Shown piece by piece: positions 50,131 through 59,149 of a DNA stretch of 64,000 nt. A program made the position numbers and the translations under genes. The notes under the pieces are model-generated. The model did no database searches and had not been told where the DNA came from. It was given only the letters and a program-made list of their open reading frames with translations. This DNA is from Bacillota bacterium (GTDB lineage: Bacteria; Bacillota; Ch66; Ch109). The stretch is from NCBI GenBank assembly GCA_050952625.1, contig JBMNLH010000001.1, positions 512,001 to 576,000 of the forward strand, given 5' to 3'. Position 1 is the stretch's first letter. Each line of letters begins with the position of its first letter.

Positions 50131-50965
50131 TCCTTACCATCTCCTTTTCCCGCATCTCTAGTTCATGCGTCAGGCAATCACAAAGATTACGTGGTACTAC
50201 TACCGGCAAACCGGCATTTGTCGCGTCTAGCCGGATATTTTCTCCCAGGGCCTGCCTCAGATGGGTATCTTTCATGATTTTTTCCGTTAATCCTTGAATC
50301 ACGACCCGCCCCTGTTTGAGCATAATGATTTCATCGCAGTAATACAGAGCCAGATTGGGATCATGCAGCGTTATCAAGGCAGTTACCCCGCGTTGCTTCA
50401 CCACTTGCTTCATCAATTCCATCATGCGGTGCTGATTACAAAAATCCAAATGGGAATTGGGTTCGTCCAGGAGCATCAGCGGAGTATCTTGATAAAGGGC
50501 TCTGGCTAATAAAACCATTTGCTGTTGGCCGCCTGACAGTTTATTGTACTGGGCTGAGGCCAGTTCGCTAATACCGACCTCAGCCATTACTTTATACGCT
50601 TTCTGCCTTTCACTTTTCCCGGGAGAGGCCCAGGCTTTCAACCTAGCGGCACTCCCCATCAGAACTATATCCAGGACCGGAAAGGCGAAAACGGAATAGC
50701 TGCTTTGTGGGACAACGCTAATAAGTTGGGCTACTTGAACCCGACTTAACCGGTTAACATCCTTACCCATTACTGTGATCCGGCCACGATCGGGCTTAAT
50801 AATAGCGTTGATACAGTTCATCAACGTTGTTTTTCCCGAGCCGTTATGCCCCAATAATCCACAAATTCGTCCTTGACTCACCCAGGTATTAATCTCTTTC
50901 AGAACTGGTTCCCGGCCATATCCAGCAGTAAGGCCAGTTATTTTAATAGCCACTTTTTGCTGCAC
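50120..50965 (-). CDS. ABC transporter ATP-binding protein (FepC/BtuD type)
   Basis: GHNGSGKT, LSGGQ, LLDEP, TLHD. Confidence 0.93.
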   Translation of the reverse strand: MQQKVAIKITGLTAGYGREPVLKEINTWVSQGRICGLLGHNGSGKTTLMNCINAIIKPDRGRITVMGKDVNRLSRVQVAQLISVVPQSSYSVFAFPVLDIVLMGSAARLKAWASPGKSERQKAYKVMAEVGISELASAQYNKLSGGQQQMVLLARALYQDTPLMLLDEPNSHLDFCNQHRMMELMKQVVKQRGVTALITLHDPNLALYYCDEIIMLKQGRVVIQGLTEKIMKDTHLRQALGENIRLDATNAGLPVVVPRNLCDCLTHELEMREKEMVRSAM

Positions 50966-51965
50966 CGCCCTTTCTGCTTATTATCAGATAGCCCAAAAAT
51001 GGTGCGCCGAAGAGCGAGGTAATAATACTAATCGGTATTTCCGAGGCTGTAACTGTTCGGGCAAAAGTATCCATCAGTAGCATAAAACTGCCTCCTAAAA
51101 ACGCGGCCGCTGGAATCAGTCTTTTATGTTCAGTACCGACCAAAAAACGGGCGATGTGAGGCATGATCAGGCCGACCCATCTTATCTCGCCGACGGTTGC
51201 CACGGCGGAAGCGACAATCAAGGTGCTTATCCCTAAGTAAAAGAGACGCCATCTCTTAATGTTAACCCCTAAAGATAAAATTTCTTTTTCATCCTGGGTC
51301 ATAATGTTTAAACGCCAACTGAAAATGCAAAGGATAATGGAACCGATGATAATAATCGGCAGGGTGATCTCGACTTTTGGCCAACTGCTGGTTTGAAAGC
51401 TGCCCATGGTCCAGAACATGATTTTCGCTAATTGGGTGTATGGATCTGAAATATACTGAAGAATTGATAACCCTGCCTGGAAAATGGCACTAACCACGAT
51501 TCCCGAGATTACTAAGACTGACGCGGATTTATCCCAACTCCGGGTCCCCAATAGAAAAGTAATGCCGACAGCTAAAACGCCAAAACAGAAGGCGGAAAGC
51601 TGAATCCCCATGGCCATTTCGGTTATTAAAACGATACTCAGGGCTGCGCCAAAAGCTGAACCGGATGATACTCCCAAAATATCAGGGCTGGCTAAGGGAT
51701 TACGGAACAGGGCCTGAAAAATAACCCCGGCAATAGCGATGCCGCATCCTACCGCAAAAGCCATAATTATCCTGGGTAAACGAACATTCCAAAATACAAT
51801 TGCTGAATTCTCGATCGGGGCATCTAATATGCCCTTAATCCCTAACTTAGCGAAAAGGATACTGCCTAACTCAGCAAAGCTAATGGCATAACGCCCTACG
51901 CTCAAGGACACGATTAGAGAGAGGATAAAAACAATAATCAGGATAATCCAGATTTTTCTTTGCAC
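50943..51965 (-). CDS. FecCD/BtuC family ABC permease
   Basis: VRLPRI, FRNPLASPDILGVSSG, VGLIMPH. Confidence 0.93.
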   Translation of the reverse strand: MQRKIWIILIIVFILSLIVSLSVGRYAISFAELGSILFAKLGIKGILDAPIENSAIVFWNVRLPRIIMAFAVGCGIAIAGVIFQALFRNPLASPDILGVSSGSAFGAALSIVLITEMAMGIQLSAFCFGVLAVGITFLLGTRSWDKSASVLVISGIVVSAIFQAGLSILQYISDPYTQLAKIMFWTMGSFQTSSWPKVEITLPIIIIGSIILCIFSWRLNIMTQDEKEILSLGVNIKRWRLFYLGISTLIVASAVATVGEIRWVGLIMPHIARFLVGTEHKRLIPAAAFLGGSFMLLMDTFARTVTASEIPISIITSLFGAPFLGYLIISRKGGAAKSGY

Positions 51966-52010
51966 AGAAATTCCTCCGGTTGGTTTTTGCCGATTTAACC
52001 CTTGACGTGA

Positions 52011-53045
52011 CTAGAGTTTTCCACCCATTTCTGTGAAAGAATGGCCATAGCATTTCGTATAGAATTCATTGGCTTTCTCTAACATGTCAATGTCCGCAAA
52101 TTTTTCAGGATAGAAAGTTTTGCTCAGCCATAACACACCCAACACACAGTTAGGAGCCGGGAAATCCCACCAGCCAATGTTAGACGGCATGCTGTAAACC
52201 TTTTTCTCCTGAACTGCTTTCACTGTTTGGAAGTGTGGATTTTTATATACCTGTTGGTCGCCATAAGTATCCAGGGAAGAACCCAAAACTATGACCTCAG
52301 GATTCCAGGTAGCCACTTGCTCAGGAGATACCTCGGTCCAATATCCTTTAATATCTTTTGAGACACTCACGGCCCCAGCTAATTCGATTAATTTAGTAGT
52401 CAGCATATCTCCACTGGCCACCGTATAGACACTCTTGGGACCGGCAAACATTATCCGTGGCTTTTCATCTTCCGGGACATTGCCAACTCTCTGGTTAACC
52501 AATTCTAAAATATTTTGGCAGTAGGCAAGATATTCCTCACCTCGGTCCGGACAATTTAATACTTTGGCGATCAATCTTACCGCTTCAAAAGCTTCCTCAA
52601 AAGTCTCACCATTTACTGCAACCACCTTGATCCCCGCACTTTCAAACTGGTCAATCATAGACGCATCGGAAGAAGCATAAACGAAAGCCACCTGGGGTTG
52701 GAGGGCGATTAATTCTTCCATATTAAGGCCCATGCCCTCTGAAAGATAGGGTTTAGCAGCGTAAACTGGATCAACCGAGCCTATTGCCTTACCTAAATTG
52801 CCATAGATTGCCTGATCAACGAGTTTGTCCTGTTGCCCTAGCGCAAAAGCAATGTGGGCGGCAAAATGGTGGGTCCCGGTAATTTTGGTAACATCTTTCG
52901 GCACAGTCACGGTTCTGCCTAACTGATCAGTAACGGTGATTGTGGCTCCTTTCGGTGCCATTGCTTCATGAGCACAGCCACTGAGCATTAAACTCAAGAT
53001 TAAGACCATCACTGTAAATAAAGATAAACGCGATTTTTTCCGCAA
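52011..53045 (-). CDS. Periplasmic-binding-2 family substrate-binding lipoprotein
   Basis: Lipobox LSGC, TDQLGRTV.VP, WWD.P, K.FYPEKF. Confidence 0.9.
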   Translation of the reverse strand: MRKKSRLSLFTVMVLILSLMLSGCAHEAMAPKGATITVTDQLGRTVTVPKDVTKITGTHHFAAHIAFALGQQDKLVDQAIYGNLGKAIGSVDPVYAAKPYLSEGMGLNMEELIALQPQVAFVYASSDASMIDQFESAGIKVVAVNGETFEEAFEAVRLIAKVLNCPDRGEEYLAYCQNILELVNQRVGNVPEDEKPRIMFAGPKSVYTVASGDMLTTKLIELAGAVSVSKDIKGYWTEVSPEQVATWNPEVIVLGSSLDTYGDQQVYKNPHFQTVKAVQEKKVYSMPSNIGWWDFPAPNCVLGVLWLSKTFYPEKFADIDMLEKANEFYTKCYGHSFTEMGGKL

Positions 53046-53338
53046 AATACTTCAGCTCCTTTTTAAATTCTTAACTACCCGTTTTTTAAGTAACCCATCG
53101 AATCATCCTGGCGGCAAATACACAGGGTTGCTGATTCTTTAGTTTTCGGTTAAAAAACCAACTATCCAGATAAATGCAACTTGAAATCAGAACTGTAATT
53201 AATCTAAAATAATAACCTAAAATAATTCCTCCTTTCTTGTTGCCCTCTTGGCCGTAGGGATTAATTTGTAAGAAATAAAAAAGGCCAACTTTGCAAAGAA
53301 AAGCAAAGCTGACCCACCAGCCTATAAATTTTAACTTG

Positions 53339-53450
53339 CTCTCCTTTCCAAACACGGGAGGCGCAGCCGTTTCCAGCTACACCCTTCGGCTCAGCAGCCT
53401 TGCCAAAAATAGGTTTGTAAATATGGTTTAGGCTAAAGAACTCGGAGATA
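53339..53450 (-). promoter_or_regulatory. Moco-family riboswitch, P3-lacking (Wco-type), upstream of the ABC/radical SAM operon
   Basis: TCTCCGAG...CCTAA...GCCGAAGGGTGTAGCTGGAAACGGCTGCGCCTCCCGTGTTTGGAAAGGAGAG, followed by a terminator-like hairpin and U-run. Confidence 0.88.
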
Positions 53451-53585
53451 TAAAATTGTCTTATGTTTAATTGGGTTATTTGATTAATTGAACTACTACA
53501 GTAAGGTTATTTATAATTGTTAAGATGATAACTTGTAAAAGCAAAAATAATAATTATGGCTTTTTCTAGATTCCTGATCATCTTT

Positions 53586-53669
53586 ATTCGACACGAAAAC
53601 ATGAATTCCTGCAATTTCCCAATTAAATTTGTTTAAAGCAAAGCAGGATTTTGGCGAATTTAATCGAAT
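53586..53669. promoter_or_regulatory. Back-to-back SigH-type promoters
   Basis: Minus: GCAGGAATTCATGTTTTCGTGTCGAAT (53586-53612). Plus: GCAGGATTTTGGCGAATTTAATCGAAT (53643-53669). Confidence 0.6.
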
Positions 53670-53697
53670 TAAGCATCTATTAAAATATATATTATCA

Positions 53698-53792
53698 GCT
53701 CACCGAGCCTGCCGCCTAAGTCTTAAGATATGGCTACCAGGCCAATGGGTACAAGAGGAAACTTTTGTGCCTCCCGTTTTGGAAAGGAGGGC
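53698..53792 (+). promoter_or_regulatory. Moco-family riboswitch, P3-lacking (Wco-type), upstream of tsaA-fmdE/modD
   Basis: CACCGAG...CCTAAG...GGCCAATGGGTACAAGAGGAAACTTTTGTGCCTCCCGTTTTGGAAAGGAGG. Confidence 0.88.
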
Positions 53793-53849
53793 TTTTTTTG
53801 TCTGAGACATAACAAAGCTATGCCTTTTTTTAGCATAGCTTTAATTGTT

Positions 53850-53922
53850 TTACCTGAATCAGACTGGTGGAGTAGAGTCTCCATCTGCAGCCTCAATTTT
53901 CAGCGAAGCTGAACGATTTCAC
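53850..53922 (-). repeat. Dispersed repeat family A copy within the riboswitch leader
   Basis: GGTGGAGTAGAGTCTCCATCTGCAGCCTC...CAGCGAAGCTGAACGATTTCAC. Confidence 0.8.
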
Positions 53923-53973
53923 AATGAGAAAGTAAATTTAGTTAAAACACTGCGTAAATTATTATAAAAAGGA

Positions 53974-54798
53974 ATGATAAAAACAATGACAGAGTCTATC
54001 AAGCTAACTCCAATTGGCCGAGTGCATAATGATTATATTGATCCTGCCCAACCCAGAGTATCGGTCATGCAATCTACGATTGAGGTATTCCCCGAATATG
54101 CAGAGGGCTTACTGCGGTTGGATGAACATTCCCATATCTGGTTACTTGGTTGGTTCCATCTGTCCCAAAGGGATGTGCTTCGGGTTGTTCCCCGAATGAA
54201 TAAAGAGCTTGGGGAATATGGAGTGTTTGGCCTGAGGACCTTTAGCCGGCCAAATCCCATTGGGCTCACCGTTGTCAAATTGGAAAGTATCCAGGGAAAT
54301 ATGCTGACCGTCTCCAATCTTGATTTTATCAACGGCACTTTTATTCTAGATATTAAACCTTATTATGATCAAGATATTATTTTTTCGCCAATTCTCCCCT
54401 ATATCAAACCGACTGATCCTAACACACTGGAAGCCATATTGATGAAGAAGGCTCTGAACCACCACGGAGAAAAATGCGCCCAATTGATGATCGCCGTGAA
54501 AATGGCTGTGCTGGCGGAAAAAGAGTTTGGCCTGCTGACGGCACATGATCTTAAAGTCTCGGTGACCGGTTCCCGATGTTTGGGAGATGCCTTGCAAGGA
54601 ATTACGTTAGCTAAGCTGGCCAATCCCAGTCGTTTTAAATTTGAGGAAAATGATGAACAGGCAATCTCGGTTTGGGAAAAGGGTAACCGGGCAATAATAA
54701 TTACATTTAAGGGCAATAAAGACGATCAAGCTCGTAATCAACTAACAGAATTACCGTCAGACCAGCAGTTTGAAATTCAGTATAAGGAAGGTGTCTAG
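53974..54798 (+). CDS. TsaA/TrmO-like SAM-binding domain fused to an FmdE-like domain
   Basis: PIGRV, GVFGLRT.SRPNPIGL, ILDIKPY, then HHGEKC...CLGDALQGIT. Confidence 0.82.
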   Translation: MIKTMTESIKLTPIGRVHNDYIDPAQPRVSVMQSTIEVFPEYAEGLLRLDEHSHIWLLGWFHLSQRDVLRVVPRMNKELGEYGVFGLRTFSRPNPIGLTVVKLESIQGNMLTVSNLDFINGTFILDIKPYYDQDIIFSPILPYIKPTDPNTLEAILMKKALNHHGEKCAQLMIAVKMAVLAEKEFGLLTAHDLKVSVTGSRCLGDALQGITLAKLANPSRFKFEENDEQAISVWEKGNRAIIITFKGNKDDQARNQLTELPSDQQFEIQYKEGV

Positions 54799-54800
54799 AA

Positions 54801-55646
54801 ATTATCTACTTTACCGAGGAGAGTATTGATAAGTTTATTAAAGAGGACACACCTTATTTAGATCTGACTACTCTAGTTCTGGATATTGCCGGGAAAAAAG
54901 GGAGAATAGAATATATTTGCCGGGAAGAAGCGGTGATTTGCGGGACTGAAGAGGTTGTAAGAATATTTAATAAGCTGAACATCAAGCCTTTACACTATCT
55001 TGCTTCTGGTTCTAAGGTCGGTCCCCGCACCAGTGTAGTCGCAGCAGAAGGTAATGCAGAGGACCTACACATGGCCTGGAAGGTGTCGATGAATATCTTA
55101 GAGTATGCATCAGGTATTGCCACCAGAACGTATCGAATCTTGAACAAAGCCCGACAAGCTAATCCCAAAATCGAACTTCTTGCCACACGTAAGGTTTTTC
55201 CAGGCACCAAGGAGTTGTCAATCAAGGCGGTGGTAGCCGGCGGAGGCCTTCCTCACCGGCTAGGTTTATCAGAAACGGTTCTTATCTTTCAGCAGCACTT
55301 AAATTTCATTGGCGGGGTTGAGGCACTAATCTCCAAGTTGGATGAACTCAAAGCAAGAATCATCGAAAAAAAGGTGTTCGTTGAAGTGGAGACAGTAGAA
55401 GACGCTTTGCGGTTATGCCGGGCCGGAGTGCATGGCCTGCAATTTGATAAAGTAGCTCCTGCGGAATTGACCAAAGCCGTTGAGCAGATCAGAGCTAATT
55501 ATGACAATGTTGTTCTTCTGGCGGCGGGCGGCATCAATGAAAACAATGCGGAAGCTTACGCCCAGACCGGGGTGGATGGGTTGATTACCTCGGCGGTGTA
55601 TTATGGTAAGCCGATTGATTTTGGGACAAGGATAGTCCAGCTTTAA
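54801..55646 (+). CDS. modD: ModD protein (NadC/QPRTase-like), probable ATT start
   Basis: IYFTEESIDKFIKEDTPYLDLTT N-terminus, SGIATRT, TRKVFPGTK, HRLGLSET, QFDK, AAGGIN. Confidence 0.88.
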   Translation: MIYFTEESIDKFIKEDTPYLDLTTLVLDIAGKKGRIEYICREEAVICGTEEVVRIFNKLNIKPLHYLASGSKVGPRTSVVAAEGNAEDLHMAWKVSMNILEYASGIATRTYRILNKARQANPKIELLATRKVFPGTKELSIKAVVAGGGLPHRLGLSETVLIFQQHLNFIGGVEALISKLDELKARIIEKKVFVEVETVEDALRLCRAGVHGLQFDKVAPAELTKAVEQIRANYDNVVLLAAGGINENNAEAYAQTGVDGLITSAVYYGKPIDFGTRIVQL

Positions 55647-55767
55647 AACCTTAGATGATGATGGAAAACATAAAAGCGAGTGCTACCACGCTGTTCTCGC
55701 CTCTTGGGAGAAAAGCAGGCAAATTCAAGACCCCTACTTCTATAAGGAAGTAGGGGTTGATTCTTGT

Positions 55768-57312
55768 CTAGGGCAACTCAATGGTCTTGAAACTAATACT
55801 ATAGTCGATAGTGGCTGGTGAGATATTTTGCCCACCGGCTTCTGCTTCTGGTTGCTGGAAAATCAGGCTCATGTTTCTTTCTGTCGTTTTTACGGGATAG
55901 AGCGACCCGGGGGCAGTCTGATTAATCAGCAGACGATAGGGATCCAGGTGGCCAAAATAGTATTCCTTGACGCGTTCTTTTTGGGCCTCGCTGAATCCAC
56001 GAGCGAGGCAGATGGTCTTAGCCATGGCCGGATCAACTGGAATCCATCCATAATTAGGTAAATAGAACTCTGCCCAGGTCCAGGGAGCCTCATACCCGGG
56101 GATTAGTCGATAGCCGCTGTTTACCCGAGCCGGAACCCCGGCTGTTCGACAGAGGTTGGTAAAGAGAAAAGCCTGAAGAGTCGAATCGCCGGCTTTTTTA
56201 TCAAGCAGATAATGGCTGGCCGAAGACGCTGACACCAAAGGATAAGAGACATGGCTCATTTTAATATTGTCTTGGATCCAGTTGTATATCCTTTGGGCTT
56301 TTCGATAAGGATTTTCTTCTTCAGCCACGATTTGAGCCGCTAGTTCCTTCATTTGGGAACTTTGTTCCAGATGAGGTTCTGACTTGGTAAATCGTTGATA
56401 CAGTTCGTCTTCAGGGAGATATGTTCCGACCAGGTCCGGGTTTATTTGCGGACTTATTTCATAAGTTTTAAAACTGTAGGATAGGTCCAGGTAAAGGTCT
56501 TGATTATTAGTGTTTTTCATTTCCACATAAGCAGTACCAATCTCTCGATCAAGCTGCGGTGGATACAGTAGACTAGCCTGGGGATTGACTGATACCAAGT
56601 GCACCTCTGTCTGGGAGGGTGCGAGGATCGGATAAGGAATCCAGCAGCTAACAGTCTGATAAGGCGGTAACTTAGTGTAATCAAATTTTACACGACAATT
56701 GGCTTGAAAGGTTCTGGGATTTTGTAAGACCTGGATTCTTGATTGATTTGGGTTGCCTAACACAAAAGGGGTCAGTTGGCCAGCTAGAGCGGTATGGTAT
56801 TCATTCCAGCCGATCAGACGTTGGGCAATCTGCGGATCCTGATAGGCCATGTTCTCGATAAGATTAGTGTGGTATCGTTTCTGACCATCAATAAATCTTG
56901 CTTCTACTAAGCCTTGGAGTTCCCAATTGTTTAAGTCGTTTGACTGGAAGTACCGAATTTTTTGAGACATGAGCTGAAGAACGGCCGGCATGTCCAAACT
57001 GTAATCCTCGGCTAACTGCAAGGTTCGCGCAATCCCTTCGTTGGCTTGGTTTAGTTTGTCTTGATTTCCCTGTCGCTCAAAAAGATCTCGGGCTTGGGTG
57101 TATTTTAAACGCGCTAAAGTGAGCTCCCCGTTGGTCTCCAGATCCCGGGCTTCTTTATAGTGCTGGTCCGCAATACTAAAGGTAGACCCCAGGGTAGACC
57201 CTGAGTCGAGAGCAGGACGCAAAAAAAGATAAGCCCCTAGGCCAAGGCCAGAGCCTATAAGAACCATAATTATGCCTATGATTAGATGCTTAACTGTTTT
57301 CGTAGTAATAAT
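55768..57312 (-). CDS. Membrane-anchored transglutaminase-like domain protein
   Basis: LCRTAGVPAR, WAEFYLPNYGWIPVDP. The usual catalytic GDC appears as GDS. Start at ATT 57312/57309 or ATG 57267. Confidence 0.8.
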   Translation of the reverse strand: MITTKTVKHLIIGIIMVLIGSGLGLGAYLFLRPALDSGSTLGSTFSIADQHYKEARDLETNGELTLARLKYTQARDLFERQGNQDKLNQANEGIARTLQLAEDYSLDMPAVLQLMSQKIRYFQSNDLNNWELQGLVEARFIDGQKRYHTNLIENMAYQDPQIAQRLIGWNEYHTALAGQLTPFVLGNPNQSRIQVLQNPRTFQANCRVKFDYTKLPPYQTVSCWIPYPILAPSQTEVHLVSVNPQASLLYPPQLDREIGTAYVEMKNTNNQDLYLDLSYSFKTYEISPQINPDLVGTYLPEDELYQRFTKSEPHLEQSSQMKELAAQIVAEEENPYRKAQRIYNWIQDNIKMSHVSYPLVSASSASHYLLDKKAGDSTLQAFLFTNLCRTAGVPARVNSGYRLIPGYEAPWTWAEFYLPNYGWIPVDPAMAKTICLARGFSEAQKERVKEYYFGHLDPYRLLINQTAPGSLYPVKTTERNMSLIFQQPEAEAGGQNISPATIDYSISFKTIELP

Positions 57313-57321
57313 TTCTACCCC

Positions 57322-58269
57322 CTAAACCAGGTACGAGAAAACCCGTTGAATATAGTTATTTGTTTCCTTGAATGGAGGGATTCCTCCGTATTTTTGAACA
57401 TTTCCCGGACCGGCATTGTAAGCGGCTAAGGCCAAAGTCAAGTTATTGTCAAACTTATCCAGCATTTGTCGGAGGTAGCGGGTACCGCCTTCGATATTTT
57501 CGGCTGGATCCCAGGCATTTTTTACGCCAAGTGCTCGGGCGGTATCCGGCATTAACTGCATTAAACCACGGGCCCCGGCCCGCGATAATGCCAGAGGATT
57601 AAAGTTAGATTCGGCTTTAATCACTGCTTTGATTAGGTCTGCCGCCACGTTGTATTTTTGACTGGCTGATTCGATAAGCTGGTTCCATGATCCATTATCG
57701 TGTCTAGGTGAAGATTGCTTAGGAACTGAGCGATCCTGCTGCGTAAGGGATTGAGTTTGTTGTTGATTATTCAGGACATTAGTTTTGGGCAACGTCGGTT
57801 TAGTTACACTTGCCTCTGCTGGATTTACCTTTTCTGATGGCAGGTTTTCCGCCAGTTGTTGATATAGTTGGTCCGCTAAGCCTAAGTTCCCATTTTGGGA
57901 CACTATTTTGGCGTATTCTTCGTCTAGCATTGATTCGAAAATATCCAGGCCAACACTTTCCCCAAAAAGATTTGTCTTTGGTATAGAATTCCGCATCGAA
58001 CGAAGCATCTGATATACCATAACGCTTTCGAGCTCCTGACAGGCGGATCGCAACTGCGCGTGTTGACTATTGATGGCTAGCTTTGTGCTTTGGAGTGATG
58101 GTGTTGATTGATTAGGCGAAGAATTTAGTGAGTTTAGCAAGAGATTATCAAAAGTGCTCGAACCCGTATTTGTTTTGGTACTTTCAGGCAAGGCTGACTG
58201 AGTCGGTTTTATCATCCGATACATGGTATCAGTCAAACCAATCAGATTATTAAACATATTGTTAGACAT
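57322..58269 (-). CDS. FlgJ-type rod-binding domain fused to an SLT lytic transglycosylase
   Basis: [18 protein letters not shown]...[11 protein letters not shown] (rod-binding) plus ESNFNP, GLMQLMP, AAYNAG (SLT). Confidence 0.85.
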   Translation of the reverse strand: MSNNMFNNLIGLTDTMYRMIKPTQSALPESTKTNTGSSTFDNLLLNSLNSSPNQSTPSLQSTKLAINSQHAQLRSACQELESVMVYQMLRSMRNSIPKTNLFGESVGLDIFESMLDEEYAKIVSQNGNLGLADQLYQQLAENLPSEKVNPAEASVTKPTLPKTNVLNNQQQTQSLTQQDRSVPKQSSPRHDNGSWNQLIESASQKYNVAADLIKAVIKAESNFNPLALSRAGARGLMQLMPDTARALGVKNAWDPAENIEGGTRYLRQMLDKFDNNLTLALAAYNAGPGNVQKYGGIPPFKETNNYIQRVFSYLV

Positions 58270-58360
58270 CCTGCTTCACCCATTTCTATCCACAGAAGAT
58301 TACTGTCTGATATTGCAACTATTTTGATATTGATTTTATAGAGTAACCATAATTTCAAAT

Positions 58361-59149
58361 TTAACGTTTTAGGTTATTCGCCATCCCTAGCATATCGTCA
58401 GAAGTCTGAATTACTTTAGAGTTTATTTCATAAGCCCGCTGGGCTGTAATCATATTAATCATTTCTTCAACTACTTGAACGTTTGAGGCTTCCAGAAAGC
58501 CGGGCTCCAGTCTAATCGTTCCATCGGCGGTCGGGTCCCAAATAATTGGCTCACCGGAGGAGGCGGAACGTCGGTAGAGATTATGACCCATTTTATCAAG
58601 TCCAGCGGGATTAATAAATTTCACTAGTTCCAGTTGTCCACCCGGGGTTGGTTCTTGATTCCCCGGTTCGCTATAAGTAATTGCCCCGGTTTGAGAAATC
58701 GCAATATCTGTGGCCTCGGGCGGAAAGGTGTCGGCTCCGACTACCAAATAGCCGTTGGAGGTTACTAACTGGCCTTCGCTATCAATCTTAAATGAACCGT
58801 CCCGGGTATATAAAGGCTCATCATAACCAGGTACCTCAATCTGAAAAAAGGCCGGACCATTTATCGCTATATCCAATGGATTTTCCGTCGAAATCAGATT
58901 GCCGTCATTAAATAGCGTTTGGATCGCTGTTGGCCGTACTCCTAGTCCTAGTTGCAATCCCAAGGGCTGGGCGATGTCGTTTTGATCGATTGCTGGTTTG
59001 CGAATCGTGGTATAAAGCAGGTCCTGAAACTCGGTCCGCGCTTTTTTGAAGCCGGTGGTATTAACATTGGACAGGTTGTGTGCAATAGTATCAATGTTTA
59101 ATTGCTGAGCCGTCATCCCCTGCCTAGCGGTATGTAACGCATGCATCAT
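58361..59149 (-). CDS. flgG: Flagellar basal-body rod protein FlgG
   Basis: IAHNLSNVNTTGFK, YTRDGSF, LEASNVQVVEEM..MITAQRAYEINSK. Confidence 0.93.
   Translation of the reverse strand: MMHALHTARQGMTAQQLNIDTIAHNLSNVNTTGFKKARTEFQDLLYTTIRKPAIDQNDIAQPLGLQLGLGVRPTAIQTLFNDGNLISTENPLDIAINGPAFFQIEVPGYDEPLYTRDGSFKIDSEGQLVTSNGYLVVGADTFPPEATDIAISQTGAITYSEPGNQEPTPGGQLELVKFINPAGLDKMGHNLYRRSASSGEPIIWDPTADGTIRLEPGFLEASNVQVVEEMINMITAQRAYEINSKVIQTSDDMLGMANNLKR

Noticed and set aside
53339-53420. c-di-GMP-I riboswitch
   Set aside because: The GGAAAC loop suggested it at first, but CCGAG/CCTAA/GCCTCCCGT.TTGGAAAGG is the Moco motif.
53086-53912. 89-aa and 60-aa ORFs in the divergent intergenic region
   Set aside because: They overlap riboswitch aptamers, terminators and a repeat, with no convincing SD.
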